From an uncultured Clostridia bacterium (GTDB taxonomy: Bacteria; Bacillota; DTU025; MWDF01), in the NCBI GenBank assembly GCA_964577435.1, contig CAZNZD010000002.1, positions 27,642 to 91,641 of the forward strand: a stretch of 64,000 nt of DNA. Reading direction: 5' to 3'. The translations under genes were made by a program, and so were the position numbers. The notes beneath the pieces are model-generated. The model saw only the letters and a program-made list of their open reading frames with translations. It ran no database searches and was not told where the DNA came from. Below are positions 29,322-38,877 of this stretch, one piece after another; positions within the stretch are counted from its first letter, which is position 1, and every line of letters starts with the position of its first letter.

Positions 29322-30023
29322 ATGGAGAACCAGTCGGGCAGGATACTTATAGTCGAGGACGAAGCCAAGCTGGCGGAAGCCCTGAAAGCCTATCTGCAGA
29401 GCAAGGGCTTCGAGGTCCTAATCGCAGAGGACGGGCTTCAGGCCCTGGCCATATTCGACAGGGAGGACATCACACTCATCCTGCTGGACCTGATGCTGCC
29501 TGGCATGTCGGGCGAGGACGTGTGCGCCAGCATAAGGCGCAGGTCCAGGGTTCCGATCATCATGCTTACGGCCAAGGCGGACGAATCAGACGTTGTCGGC
29601 GGCCTGGGTCTGGGAGCCGACGACTACGTCTCTAAGCCTTTCAGCCTGAAAGCCCTTTCGGCGAGGATGGAGGCGGTCCTCCGAAGGTCCAGGGCAACGG
29701 CCTCCCCCCTTTGCAGCAGGATATCGTTCAACGGCGGTGACCTCGAGATCGACCTCGAGAGAAGGTCAGTAAGGAAAGCCCGCGCGGACGTCAGGCTCAC
29801 GCCGAACGAGTACAGGATACTGACGACGCTTGTAAGCCAGCCGAAGAGGACATTCACGAGAGACGAGCTCATTGCGGGAGCCTTCGAGGACGAGTTCGAA
29901 GGATACGACCGGGCGGTTGACACACATATAAAGAACATCAGGCAGAAGATCGGCGACGATCCCAGGAAGCCCACCTACATAGTGACAGTCCATGGAATCG
30001 GATACCGCTTCGAGGGTGAGTGA
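29322..30023 (+). CDS. OmpR-family response regulator
   Basis: REC domain (ILIVEDE...LLDLMLPG) with a winged-helix C-terminus (YIVTVHGIGYRF). Confidence 0.85.
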   Translation: MENQSGRILIVEDEAKLAEALKAYLQSKGFEVLIAEDGLQALAIFDREDITLILLDLMLPGMSGEDVCASIRRRSRVPIIMLTAKADESDVVGGLGLGADDYVSKPFSLKALSARMEAVLRRSRATASPLCSRISFNGGDLEIDLERRSVRKARADVRLTPNEYRILTTLVSQPKRTFTRDELIAGAFEDEFEGYDRAVDTHIKNIRQKIGDDPRKPTYIVTVHGIGYRFEGE

Positions 30024-30024
30024 C

Positions 30025-31419
30025 ATGAAGTACAGCCTGAAGCACAAGCTTGCGCTGGCCATAGCCTTGGTGGCCCTTATCAGCGTCGCTGTCGCGACCA
30101 TGCTCTCAAGCTACATAATCAGAGACGAGTTCAACGGCTATATAGTTAGGCAGCAGGAGCAGAGGACGCAGGGCCTTGTCACAAGCCTGGAAATGCAGTA
30201 CAGGGCGAACGGAGGCGCATGGGACGCCGGGTTCGTCCATGCGCTGGGCATGGCTGCGCTCGACGACGGCTACATAATACGGGTCGAAGACGCCACAGGT
30301 GTTACGGTCTGGGATGCCCAGTCCCACGACACCAGCCTCTGTGAGGACATAATGAGAAGCATCTCCGAAAGGATGGGCAGCGAGTTTCCGCGCATCGACG
30401 GCTCGTTCGAATCCCATGAGATCATCCTTGGAAGCGGGGAGGGATCCTTCGGCAAGCTGATAATCGGCTATTACGAACCGTTCTTCCTGGATGAGAACGA
30501 CTTCGGGTTCATCCGGATGCTCAATGGCGTTACAGTCGGGGCAGGGGCGCTTGCAATCGCCCTGGCATCGGTCGCCGGCCTGCTTCTTGCTGCTAACATC
30601 AGCAGGCCGCTGCATAAGGCGGCGGAGGCCTCACGTCAGATCTCCGGGGGTAACTACAAGGTGAAGCTAGACGAGCGCGCCGACACGACGGAAATCGGCA
30701 TGCTTGTGAAGTCGATTAATCAGCTGGCCTCCTCGCTTGACAGGCAGGATGACATCAGAAGGCGGCTCGTGGAGGATGTATCTCACGAGATCCGCACGCC
30801 GGTGGCGATACTCCAGACCCACATCGAATCGATGGTCGAGGGCATTTGGCAGCCGACTTCCGAGCACCTGCAGAGCTGTTATGAGGAGGTGCTTCGCATC
30901 GGCCAGCTAATGGGCGATATCGAGGGGCTCAAGAAGGCCGGCGTCGGAGGCACAGCCCTGGAGAAGACGGAGTTTCGCATAATGGCCGCCTTGAAAAGAG
31001 CAGTCGAGGGTTTCGAGATGGAAATCCGCAGGAAAGGGCTCAATGTGGGCATCAGCGGGGACGATGTCACTGTGGTGGCCGATGAGGGCAGGATCTCGCA
31101 GGTCATAGTGAACCTTATGTCCAATGCGGTCAAGTACACCGAGGAAGGCGGGTCCATCGGCATTCAAGTCACGGGCTCAGACGACACTGTCAAGGTGAGC
31201 GTGACCGACGACGGGGCAGGCATCCCTGAAGACGAGCTGCCCTTCATCTTCGAGCGGTTCTACCGCGCCGACAAGTCCCGAAACCGCAAGACCGGAGGCT
31301 CCGGCCTGGGCCTTGCCATAGTGAAAAGCATAGTTGAGGAGCATGACGGCACGGTAAGCGCAGAAAGCGGGCCTGGCCAGGGCACGAAGTTCGAAGTGAC
31401 GCTGCCTAGGCAGCTATGA
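30025..31419 (+). CDS. Sensor histidine kinase, HAMP-HisKA-HATPase
   Basis: H-box SHEIRTP, N-box NLMSNAVKYT and G-boxes DDGAGIP and GGSGLGLAIV. ATG 30025 sits 1 nt after the response regulator stop. Confidence 0.8.
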   Translation: MKYSLKHKLALAIALVALISVAVATMLSSYIIRDEFNGYIVRQQEQRTQGLVTSLEMQYRANGGAWDAGFVHALGMAALDDGYIIRVEDATGVTVWDAQSHDTSLCEDIMRSISERMGSEFPRIDGSFESHEIILGSGEGSFGKLIIGYYEPFFLDENDFGFIRMLNGVTVGAGALAIALASVAGLLLAANISRPLHKAAEASRQISGGNYKVKLDERADTTEIGMLVKSINQLASSLDRQDDIRRRLVEDVSHEIRTPVAILQTHIESMVEGIWQPTSEHLQSCYEEVLRIGQLMGDIEGLKKAGVGGTALEKTEFRIMAALKRAVEGFEMEIRRKGLNVGISGDDVTVVADEGRISQVIVNLMSNAVKYTEEGGSIGIQVTGSDDTVKVSVTDDGAGIPEDELPFIFERFYRADKSRNRKTGGSGLGLAIVKSIVEEHDGTVSAESGPGQGTKFEVTLPRQL

Positions 31420-31737
31420 TTGGGCATCCCGGCCAGAAACTTCAGGGACGCATCTTTGCAGCCCTGCTTCATATCATAGCGGCTGAGAGATCAGGGACAT
31501 CGCAGCCGCAGGTATTACGCCCCTGAACCGTCGGTGGATCTGCCATGGTTCGACTATATGTCAGCAGCGCATTTCCCGACTTGTTGTTACTAAGGACCGT
31601 CGGAAGTGCCATACAGGAATTTACCACGCGAAAAGGAGTCATGCTTGTCAAAGTAGAAGATATATATTTTATTAGTCCAGATTCCATCTTGGTTACAAAG
31701 GGGTTTAATCTGGCAAGCTTGGTTAGAGGTGCTTTAC

Positions 31738-32586
31738 ATGGAAAGCAGGGCCTCCGAGATCATAAAGGCAGTCTTGGAATCGACGGGCAGGGACATCTCC
31801 CCGTTCGACCCTTCTTTTCTGGAAGTGGCTGCTGGCAAGAGGATGGAGAAGCTGTCTGCGAAGGATGCGGACAGCTACACCTTGCTGCTCAGTGCGGATG
31901 CAAAGGAGGCAGTAGCATACTCCGAATCCCTTGGCAACTCTTACAGCGAGTTCTTCAGGAACAGCCTTACGTTCTCGGTGCTTGAAAGGCATGTCATCCC
32001 AGCGTTGCTATCGCGCAAGAGCGAATCGGGGGGCGGCGAGATAAGGGTCTGGTCTGCCGGTTGTGCCGCGGGACAGGAGCCGTATTCGCTAGCTATCCTG
32101 CTTGCCGAGCTGGGGCTTGGCTGCGACACTGAGCCGCGCGTCAGAATCTTTGCAACAGACAGCAATCCAGACCAGGTTGAGATGGCCAAAGCAGCCCTCT
32201 ATGATGCCAGGAACCTTAGAAACGTAAGATTGAGCCACGTAAAGAAATATTTCACCAAGACTGGGGACAGATACAAGCTTAACGGAGCCATCAGGCAGAT
32301 GGTCGAGTTCTCGGTGCTGGACCTGCTGGATGACAAGCATGCGTTCCCGGCAAGCAGCATCTATGGGAGCTTCGACATCATCACCTGCTGCAATGTCCTT
32401 TACTACTACTCGACGGATTCTCAGAACAAGATAATAAACCGGCTCTTCAAGGCCCTGGGCAAGGGAGGCTGCATCGTAACCGACGAGGTGGAGAAGAGCG
32501 TAATCGATAGATTCAGAAGACTAAGGCCGCTTGAGTGGACATCGCCAGTATTCTGCCCGTCAGGTTGGGAGGATGAGCGCAAATGA
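31738..32586 (+). CDS. CheR-type SAM-dependent protein-glutamate methyltransferase
   Basis: EFFRNSLTFSVLE, IRVWSAGCAAGQEPYSLAILL and CCNVLYYY are CheR N- and SAM-domain motifs. ATG 31738 follows GAGGTG. Confidence 0.75.
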   Translation: MESRASEIIKAVLESTGRDISPFDPSFLEVAAGKRMEKLSAKDADSYTLLLSADAKEAVAYSESLGNSYSEFFRNSLTFSVLERHVIPALLSRKSESGGGEIRVWSAGCAAGQEPYSLAILLAELGLGCDTEPRVRIFATDSNPDQVEMAKAALYDARNLRNVRLSHVKKYFTKTGDRYKLNGAIRQMVEFSVLDLLDDKHAFPASSIYGSFDIITCCNVLYYYSTDSQNKIINRLFKALGKGGCIVTDEVEKSVIDRFRRLRPLEWTSPVFCPSGWEDERK

Positions 32587-35108
32587 AGATAAGATCTCAG
32601 TATATTCTTTATTTCGTTATACTATTCGCCCTCGTGCTGGCGCTCGGCGCCTTCTCTCTGTACCAGAATGAGAGCATCTGGCTACAGGCACAGGGGCTTT
32701 ACAACCATCCGTTCACGGTCAGCCGAACCCTTGCTACCATCAGCGAGGACGTACTGGCGATGCACCGCGCAGTGAAGGATTTCACCATAACGGAGAGTCA
32801 GCCATTCCGGCAGGAGCTCACCCATGAGATAGAACGGTCTGACGACGAAGTTATAGAGGCTATAGAGGTCCTGTATGACAGATACCTCGGGCCGAAGGCC
32901 GACGTGGACGACCTGCATGAGTCCTTCATATCCTGGAGGGCGATCAGGAAGGAGATAACCAGCCTGGCCGACTCAGGAGAGCGGCAGGAGGCCATCGTCT
33001 CCACCCTTCCGAGCGGAAACGGCGGCGCGAAGGTGGACGAGCTTATGGGGATTCTCAACAGGATCCAGAGTTTTGCAGATAACAAGGCCGAAGAGTTCAT
33101 AGGCGAGGCCGAGCAGAATAGGGATTCCCTCAGGCGGTCGCTGATCGCCTATCTTATAGCAGCTATTCTGCTGCTCGCCCTCATAGTCTACCTTCTTATC
33201 AGAAACACCCTAGTGCCGCTTCAATCGATGACAGAAACAGCCCGCAAGTTAGGTGAAGGAAACTACTCGGTAAGGTCCCCATACAGCTCGAAAAGCGAGC
33301 TTGGGGAGCTGTCGAGGACGCTGAACATAATGGCAGGAAACATTGAGGGCGACATAGCCCTCAAAGATGCGGCATCTGGCCTGATCGCTGAGGTCGTAGC
33401 CTCCGATGAGCCGTCCGAGTTCTTCAAGGATTGCGCAAAGGCCCTGGCCAGGGCGACCGGATCGCAAATCGCGGCGCTTTTCGTTCTTAACGTCGCATCC
33501 GGGGAGTTCGAGCACAAATCCTCGGTAGGATATCTTCCTGAAGGCAGGCTTGCATTCAAGGCGTCCCAGCTTGAAGGCGAGCTTGGGTTCGCCATGCTGG
33601 ACAGGGCTGTAAAGCATGTGAAGCTGCCCGCGGGGGATGCGCCTTTCATCTATCGGTCTGCGGTGGGCGACATCAGGCCCTCGGAGCTTTTGAACATCCC
33701 GCTCATATCCGGCGAGGAGGAACTCGGGTTCATAACGCTTGCAAGGACGGATAGCTACGACGAAGGGGACCTGAAGTTGCTTTCGGCGGTCCAGGACGTG
33801 CTCGCATCAAAGCTCTCCAGCATATTGTCGGCCATCAGGGCGAGGGAGTTCGCCGACATGCTCAAGAGGAGCAACTACGAGCTCGAGATCCAGGCAAGGG
33901 AGATCGAGACGCAGTCTAACGAGCTTATCCGGCAGAACACCGAGCTTGAGACCCAGAAGGTGAAGCTCGATGAGGCCAATAGGCATAAGAGCGTCTTCCT
34001 ATCCAACATGAGCCATGAGCTGAGGACGCCGCTAAACTCCATAATATCGCTTTCATCCGTGCTCTCCAGGCGCTTCAAGGACCATCTGCCTAAGCAGGAG
34101 GCGGAGTACATGGAGACCATAGAGAGAAACGGCAAGCATCTTCTTAGCGTGATCAACGACGTACTGGACTTGTCCAGGATTGAGGCAGGCAAGGAGGTCG
34201 TCCAGCTTGAGAAGGTGGACCTTAACTTCCTTGCCGAAGAGGCCGTCAAAATGCTTGAGCCCCAGGCAAGGGAGAAACAGGTGCCGCTTGTCTGCGAGAC
34301 GGATAGGGGCCTGCCGCTTGCTACCGCTGACGAGACGAAGGTAAGGCACATTCTAATAAACCTCATCGGAAACGCGATCAAGTTCACCGAGAAGGGGATA
34401 ATCCGGGTGATGACCTTCGAGGACGGGGACGACCTGTGCGTCGGAGTCACGGACACCGGAATAGGCATCCCGGAAGAGCATCTTGAGGACATATTCGACG
34501 AGTTCAAGCAGGCAGACGAGAGCAACACCCGCAAGCGCGGCGGCACAGGCCTGGGCCTTGCGATATCCAGGAAGTACGCCGAGCTGATGGGAGCTGCGAT
34601 AACGGTCAGAAGCAAGGTCGGCGCAGGTTCCTCATTCACACTCAGAATCTCAAAGGGTGGCAGTACGGATGCTGTCATTGCGGAAGGCAAGAAGCTTGAG
34701 AGAGGTAAAAACCATCTCGACCGCAGGGGAATGAGGCTGCTTCTTGTAGAGGACAGCGAACCTGCCATAGTCCAGATGCAGGACATACTCAGCGAGGCGG
34801 GCTTCGTCACTGAGGTCGCACGTGACGGAAGGCAGGCACTTGAGAGGATTGCGGCCGCAATGCCGGACGGGATCATCCTCGACCTGATGATGCCGGAAGT
34901 CGACGGTTTCGAGGTTCTAAGGCAGGTGAGGGGCATTGAGGAGACCGCGGGGCTGCCTGTCCTTATCCTGACAGCGAAGCAAGTCTCCAAGCAGGAGCTC
35001 AGCTTCCTGAAGGGGAACAACATAAGCCAGCTCATCGAAAAGGGCGATGTATCCAAGGACGAGCTTCTGACCGCTTTGGACAGGATGCTTGCACACAAGG
35101 GGAAGTAG
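32583..35108 (+). CDS. Hybrid sensor histidine kinase with 4HB_MCP-like sensor, HAMP, GAF, HisKA, HATPase and REC domains
   Basis: Two TM helices flank a roughly 150-aa helical sensor, then HAMP, a GAF-like region, H-box SHELRTPLN and a C-terminal receiver (LLLVEDSE...LDLMMP). It overlaps the cheR stop (ATGA). Confidence 0.8.
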   Translation: MKIRSQYILYFVILFALVLALGAFSLYQNESIWLQAQGLYNHPFTVSRTLATISEDVLAMHRAVKDFTITESQPFRQELTHEIERSDDEVIEAIEVLYDRYLGPKADVDDLHESFISWRAIRKEITSLADSGERQEAIVSTLPSGNGGAKVDELMGILNRIQSFADNKAEEFIGEAEQNRDSLRRSLIAYLIAAILLLALIVYLLIRNTLVPLQSMTETARKLGEGNYSVRSPYSSKSELGELSRTLNIMAGNIEGDIALKDAASGLIAEVVASDEPSEFFKDCAKALARATGSQIAALFVLNVASGEFEHKSSVGYLPEGRLAFKASQLEGELGFAMLDRAVKHVKLPAGDAPFIYRSAVGDIRPSELLNIPLISGEEELGFITLARTDSYDEGDLKLLSAVQDVLASKLSSILSAIRAREFADMLKRSNYELEIQAREIETQSNELIRQNTELETQKVKLDEANRHKSVFLSNMSHELRTPLNSIISLSSVLSRRFKDHLPKQEAEYMETIERNGKHLLSVINDVLDLSRIEAGKEVVQLEKVDLNFLAEEAVKMLEPQAREKQVPLVCETDRGLPLATADETKVRHILINLIGNAIKFTEKGIIRVMTFEDGDDLCVGVTDTGIGIPEEHLEDIFDEFKQADESNTRKRGGTGLGLAISRKYAELMGAAITVRSKVGAGSSFTLRISKGGSTDAVIAEGKKLERGKNHLDRRGMRLLLVEDSEPAIVQMQDILSEAGFVTEVARDGRQALERIAAAMPDGIILDLMMPEVDGFEVLRQVRGIEETAGLPVLILTAKQVSKQELSFLKGNNISQLIEKGDVSKDELLTALDRMLAHKGK

Positions 35109-35139
35109 CGAGACGAACCACCTTCAAGGAGGTCGACCG

Positions 35140-37989
35140 GTGAACAGATACAAGCTTCTTGCCATAGACGACAACGCCGACAACCTGCTCTCGCTGAGGG
35201 CAGTGCTTGAGGATTTCCTGCCGGACATAGCCTTCCTGACCGCAACCGACTGGGAAAGCGGAATAGAGACAGCCTTGCAGGAGGTGCCGGACGCCATACT
35301 CCTGGACATCGTCATGCCAGGGATGGATGGATATGAGGTCTGCAGGAGGCTTAAAGCCGAGGAGAAGCTAAAGGGGGTGCCTATAACCTTCCTTACGGCC
35401 TGGAAGACCAGCCCCGATGTGCACAAGCTGGCGATTGAGGCCGGCGCTGAGGGCTTCCTTACGAAGCCGTTCGACGAAGGCGAGCTGATTTCTCAGATCA
35501 AGGCCATGTTCAGGCATAGCTCGGCCGCCAAAGAGGAGAAGCTCGAAAAGGAGAGGCTCAGCGACGAGGTGATCAAGGCGACCGCGGAGCTTAGGCGCGA
35601 GCTGGCCGAAAGGCGTGAAGCCGAGATCAGGCTGCAGCTATCGAACGAAAGGCTCATGAGAAGCCAGCAGACGATGTCCGGCCTGCTGATCAAGCTTCGT
35701 AAGGAGAACGAGGCCCGGATCGAAAGCGAGAGGCACTTCAGGGACCTGGCGGATAACGGGATGGCGTTGGTGTGGACCTCCGGACTTGACATGAAGTGCG
35801 ACTACTTCAACAGGCCATGGCTGGAGTTCACTGGAAGGAAACTGGAGCAGGAGATGGGGGATGGCTGGATTACCGGGGTGCATCCCGATGACGCGGAGGA
35901 ATGTGGAAGCACCTACAGGAAAGCCTTCGATGGCAGGGAGAAGTTCAGCATGACCTACAGGCTCCGAAGGCACGACGGGGCTTATCGGTGGCTGGTCGAC
36001 GAGGGCACGCCGAGGTATGACGCCGGAGGGGAGTTCATCGGCTATATCGGGCATTGCCTGGATATCACTGACGAGCTGGAGGCAAGGGAGATAGCCCAGA
36101 AGAGCGAGGAGAAGTTCCGCCTGTTGGTCGAAAGCGCCCCTGTAGGCATCTTCATCCAGACTGAAAGGCGTTTCAGCTACCTGAATCAGAACGCGCTCAG
36201 GATGTTCGGGGCGGAGTCAGAGGACCAATTGATCGGTACGCCGATACTAGACAGGTTCCATCCAGATTATCACAAGACGGTGAACGAGAGGATCCATGAG
36301 CTCAACAATAAGAAGCATGATGTGCCTAACATCCAGGAGATGTGCCTTACTGTCGATGGCGAGCCGTTCTTCGTGGAAGTATCGGCAGTCCCCATCAACT
36401 TCGATGGCAAGGACGGGGCGCTGGTCTTCTTCAATGACATCTCAGCAAGGAAAAGGGCGGAGGCCCTACTTGAGGAGGAGAGGCTCAAGCTTGTCAGCAT
36501 GACCAATATGCTCAATACACTGCTTGACAGCATACCAGACGGCATCCTTCTGCTTGACAGGGAAGGCAGGATCGAATGGGCCAACACGGCGGCCAGGAAC
36601 CTGGTAGCGGACGGAAGGCAGCTCGCTGAAGGCGGCAACTGCAACAGCTTCCTTTTCGGTTCGGATGGGCCTTGCGATGAATGCCCGCTAGAGGGAGTCT
36701 TCGACAGGGGAGAGCAGGTCAACTGGGAACGCCTTCTGGATAACGGGTCCTCCTGGGACATAAGGATAGTGCCGATCGCCGATGCCACGGGCAGCTACCA
36801 CCGGGCAATCGAGATCATCCGGGACGTGACAAAGCAGAGGAAAACGGAGGAGCAGCTGAGGCAATCTCAGAAGATGGAATCGGTAGGAAGGCTCGCTGGA
36901 GGCGTGGCACACGATTTCAACAACCTGATAACGGCAATATTAGGCAACTGCGAGATGGCGATGATGGACCTTGCCGAAGGCGACGCGGTCAGGGAATACC
37001 TCCGTGATATCCGCAAAGCCGGGGAGAACGCCTCAGGCCTTACAAGGCAGCTTCTGGCATTCAGCAGGAGACAGGTGCTTCAGCCCGAGGTGATGAGCCT
37101 GAACCAGGTGATCGAGGAGAACCGCAGGATGCTCTCCCGGCTCATGAGAGAGAACATCAGCTATGAGGAGAAGCTTGAAAGCGGGCTCTGCCCCATAGAG
37201 GCAGACAAGAGCCAGGTGGAGCAGGTCCTGATGAACCTCGTCATCAATGCGTCCGATGCCATGCCGGACGGCGGCACGCTCACCGTCGAGACTTTCGGCA
37301 CCGACATAACCCCGGGGCAAATCGCAGCGCAAGGCGAGATGGAACCCGGAAGGTATGCAGTCCTTGCGGTAAGCGATACCGGTATCGGCATGAGCGAGAG
37401 CACCATGAAGCAGATCTTCGAACCTTTCTTCACAACCAAGGACAAGGAGAAGGGGACCGGCCTCGGGCTTTCCACCGTCTATGGAATAGTGAACCAGAGC
37501 AGGGGCTACATCTCGGTGTACAGCGAGATAGGCAAGGGCAGCACTTTCAAGGTCTACCTGAGATGTGTGGACAAGCAGGTAGCCACGGAAACCGGCAGGC
37601 AGACTGAAGCCCTTTCCGGAAACGAGCGGATCCTTCTGGTGGAAAACGACGTCGGCGTCAGGACCATCATCGCAAAGCAGCTGAGGCAGTTCGGATATAA
37701 GGTGACGGAAGCGCCGGACGGCGAGGAGGGTTTGAGGATCTTCAAGGTTGATGCTGACGGCTTCGACCTGATACTGACTGATGTGGTCATGCCCAGGCTC
37801 GGGGGAAGGCAGATGGCCGAGGAGGCGGCAAAGCTTCGGCCCGGCCAGAAAGTCCTGTACATGTCGGGGTACACCGAAAACAGCATTGTCCATAACGGCG
37901 TGCTTGAGGCGGGAGTGCAGTTCATCGGGAAGCCTTTCACCGCGGAGGGGCTTGCAAGGAAAGTAAGGTCGATCCTGGACTGGGCATGA
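35140..37989 (+). CDS. Hybrid histidine kinase with REC, three PAS domains, HisKA, HATPase and REC
   Basis: N-terminal receiver (LLAIDDNADN...LLDIVMPGMDG), repeated PAS cores, HDFNNLIT H-box and a C-terminal receiver. The likely start is GTG 35140 after AAGGAGG. Confidence 0.8.
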   Translation: MNRYKLLAIDDNADNLLSLRAVLEDFLPDIAFLTATDWESGIETALQEVPDAILLDIVMPGMDGYEVCRRLKAEEKLKGVPITFLTAWKTSPDVHKLAIEAGAEGFLTKPFDEGELISQIKAMFRHSSAAKEEKLEKERLSDEVIKATAELRRELAERREAEIRLQLSNERLMRSQQTMSGLLIKLRKENEARIESERHFRDLADNGMALVWTSGLDMKCDYFNRPWLEFTGRKLEQEMGDGWITGVHPDDAEECGSTYRKAFDGREKFSMTYRLRRHDGAYRWLVDEGTPRYDAGGEFIGYIGHCLDITDELEAREIAQKSEEKFRLLVESAPVGIFIQTERRFSYLNQNALRMFGAESEDQLIGTPILDRFHPDYHKTVNERIHELNNKKHDVPNIQEMCLTVDGEPFFVEVSAVPINFDGKDGALVFFNDISARKRAEALLEEERLKLVSMTNMLNTLLDSIPDGILLLDREGRIEWANTAARNLVADGRQLAEGGNCNSFLFGSDGPCDECPLEGVFDRGEQVNWERLLDNGSSWDIRIVPIADATGSYHRAIEIIRDVTKQRKTEEQLRQSQKMESVGRLAGGVAHDFNNLITAILGNCEMAMMDLAEGDAVREYLRDIRKAGENASGLTRQLLAFSRRQVLQPEVMSLNQVIEENRRMLSRLMRENISYEEKLESGLCPIEADKSQVEQVLMNLVINASDAMPDGGTLTVETFGTDITPGQIAAQGEMEPGRYAVLAVSDTGIGMSESTMKQIFEPFFTTKDKEKGTGLGLSTVYGIVNQSRGYISVYSEIGKGSTFKVYLRCVDKQVATETGRQTEALSGNERILLVENDVGVRTIIAKQLRQFGYKVTEAPDGEEGLRIFKVDADGFDLILTDVVMPRLGGRQMAEEAAKLRPGQKVLYMSGYTENSIVHNGVLEAGVQFIGKPFTAEGLARKVRSILDWA

Positions 37990-38052
37990 TTTCTTGAAAG
38001 GCGCAGATATTGGCCGGACCAAGTCACAATCTCGATCAAGGGGGAGTCCAAG

Positions 38053-38877
38053 GTGAGGATTGAGGATTTCGTGCACGATAAGGAACCTGTCAGAATCGAC
38101 GACGGCATATTCTGGGTAGGATACGCCGACGAGAACAGGGGCCTGCACTGCAACCCATACCTTGTCGTCGAAGGCAGCGAGGCCGTGCTCATCGATGGAG
38201 GCAACCGGGACGACTTCAGCAATGTGATGTTGAAGATACTGAGGACCGGCCTTGACCCGTCGCAGATAACAAGGCTCATCTACCAGCACTACGACCCCGA
38301 TCTATGCGGAAGCCTTCCGCAGCTTGAAAGCATAATCGACAGCGATTCCCTGAGGATAATCTCGCATGAGGAGAACAACGTCTTCATCCATTACTACTCC
38401 TCGAGGACGGCAAAGCTCGACTACCGCGGGATGGGAAGCCATTTCGACTTTGCCACAGGCAGGAGGCTGGAATTCTACGCCACTCCCTTCTGCCATCATT
38501 CGGGAAGTTTCGTTACTCTGGATACTAAGACAAGGACCCTGTTCTCAAGTGATCTCTTCGGCAGCTTCGACAATACATGGTCGCTCATTCTGGAGCTGAC
38601 GGACCGGTGCAGGCAGTGCGAGGACATCAGCGCATGCCCGAATAGCAAGGAAAGATGCCCCTTGTCAGGCATAATCAGCTTCCATCAAAGGATTATGACT
38701 TCGAACAAGGCCCTTTCCTATTCGCTCGATGTCATCGAGCGCCTTGATGCCGACAGGATAGCCCCTCAGCACGGAAGCGTGATCGCGACCAAGGAAGATG
38801 TAAAGGCCGTGATACGCCACCTTAGGGCGATCAAGGACGTCGGCATAGACCTTCTGATGGCGGGGGAGCCAAGATGA
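38053..38877 (+). CDS. Standalone flavodiiron-protein-like MBL-fold domain (ODP-like di-metal sensor domain) with no flavodoxin domain
   Basis: DDGIFWVGYADENRGLHCNPYLVVEGSEAVLIDGG...YQHYDPDLCGSLPQL aligns to the FDP N-terminal domain. The motif is HxDxD-L rather than the canonical HxExDH. Confidence 0.55.
   Translation: MRIEDFVHDKEPVRIDDGIFWVGYADENRGLHCNPYLVVEGSEAVLIDGGNRDDFSNVMLKILRTGLDPSQITRLIYQHYDPDLCGSLPQLESIIDSDSLRIISHEENNVFIHYYSSRTAKLDYRGMGSHFDFATGRRLEFYATPFCHHSGSFVTLDTKTRTLFSSDLFGSFDNTWSLILELTDRCRQCEDISACPNSKERCPLSGIISFHQRIMTSNKALSYSLDVIERLDADRIAPQHGSVIATKEDVKAVIRHLRAIKDVGIDLLMAGEPR

Noticed and set aside
31545-31985. ORF whose N-terminus resembles a LytTR DNA-binding segment (MLVKVEDIYFISPDSILVTK) and which has a good RBS (AAAGGAG)
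   Set aside because: It runs into and through cheR in another frame. It is only a LytTR-like fragment with no full domain. It is probably a decayed remnant, or a chance ORF over the cheR promoter, and is mentioned in the cheR finding instead.
33875-38289. Long antisense ORFs (33875..35245 at 456 aa, 37033..38289 at 418 aa, 35638..36054, 36270..36788, 37554..38279)
   Set aside because: They are opposite the strongly supported hybrid kinase genes. Their Ser/Leu/Arg-rich composition has no motifs, so they are shadow ORFs.
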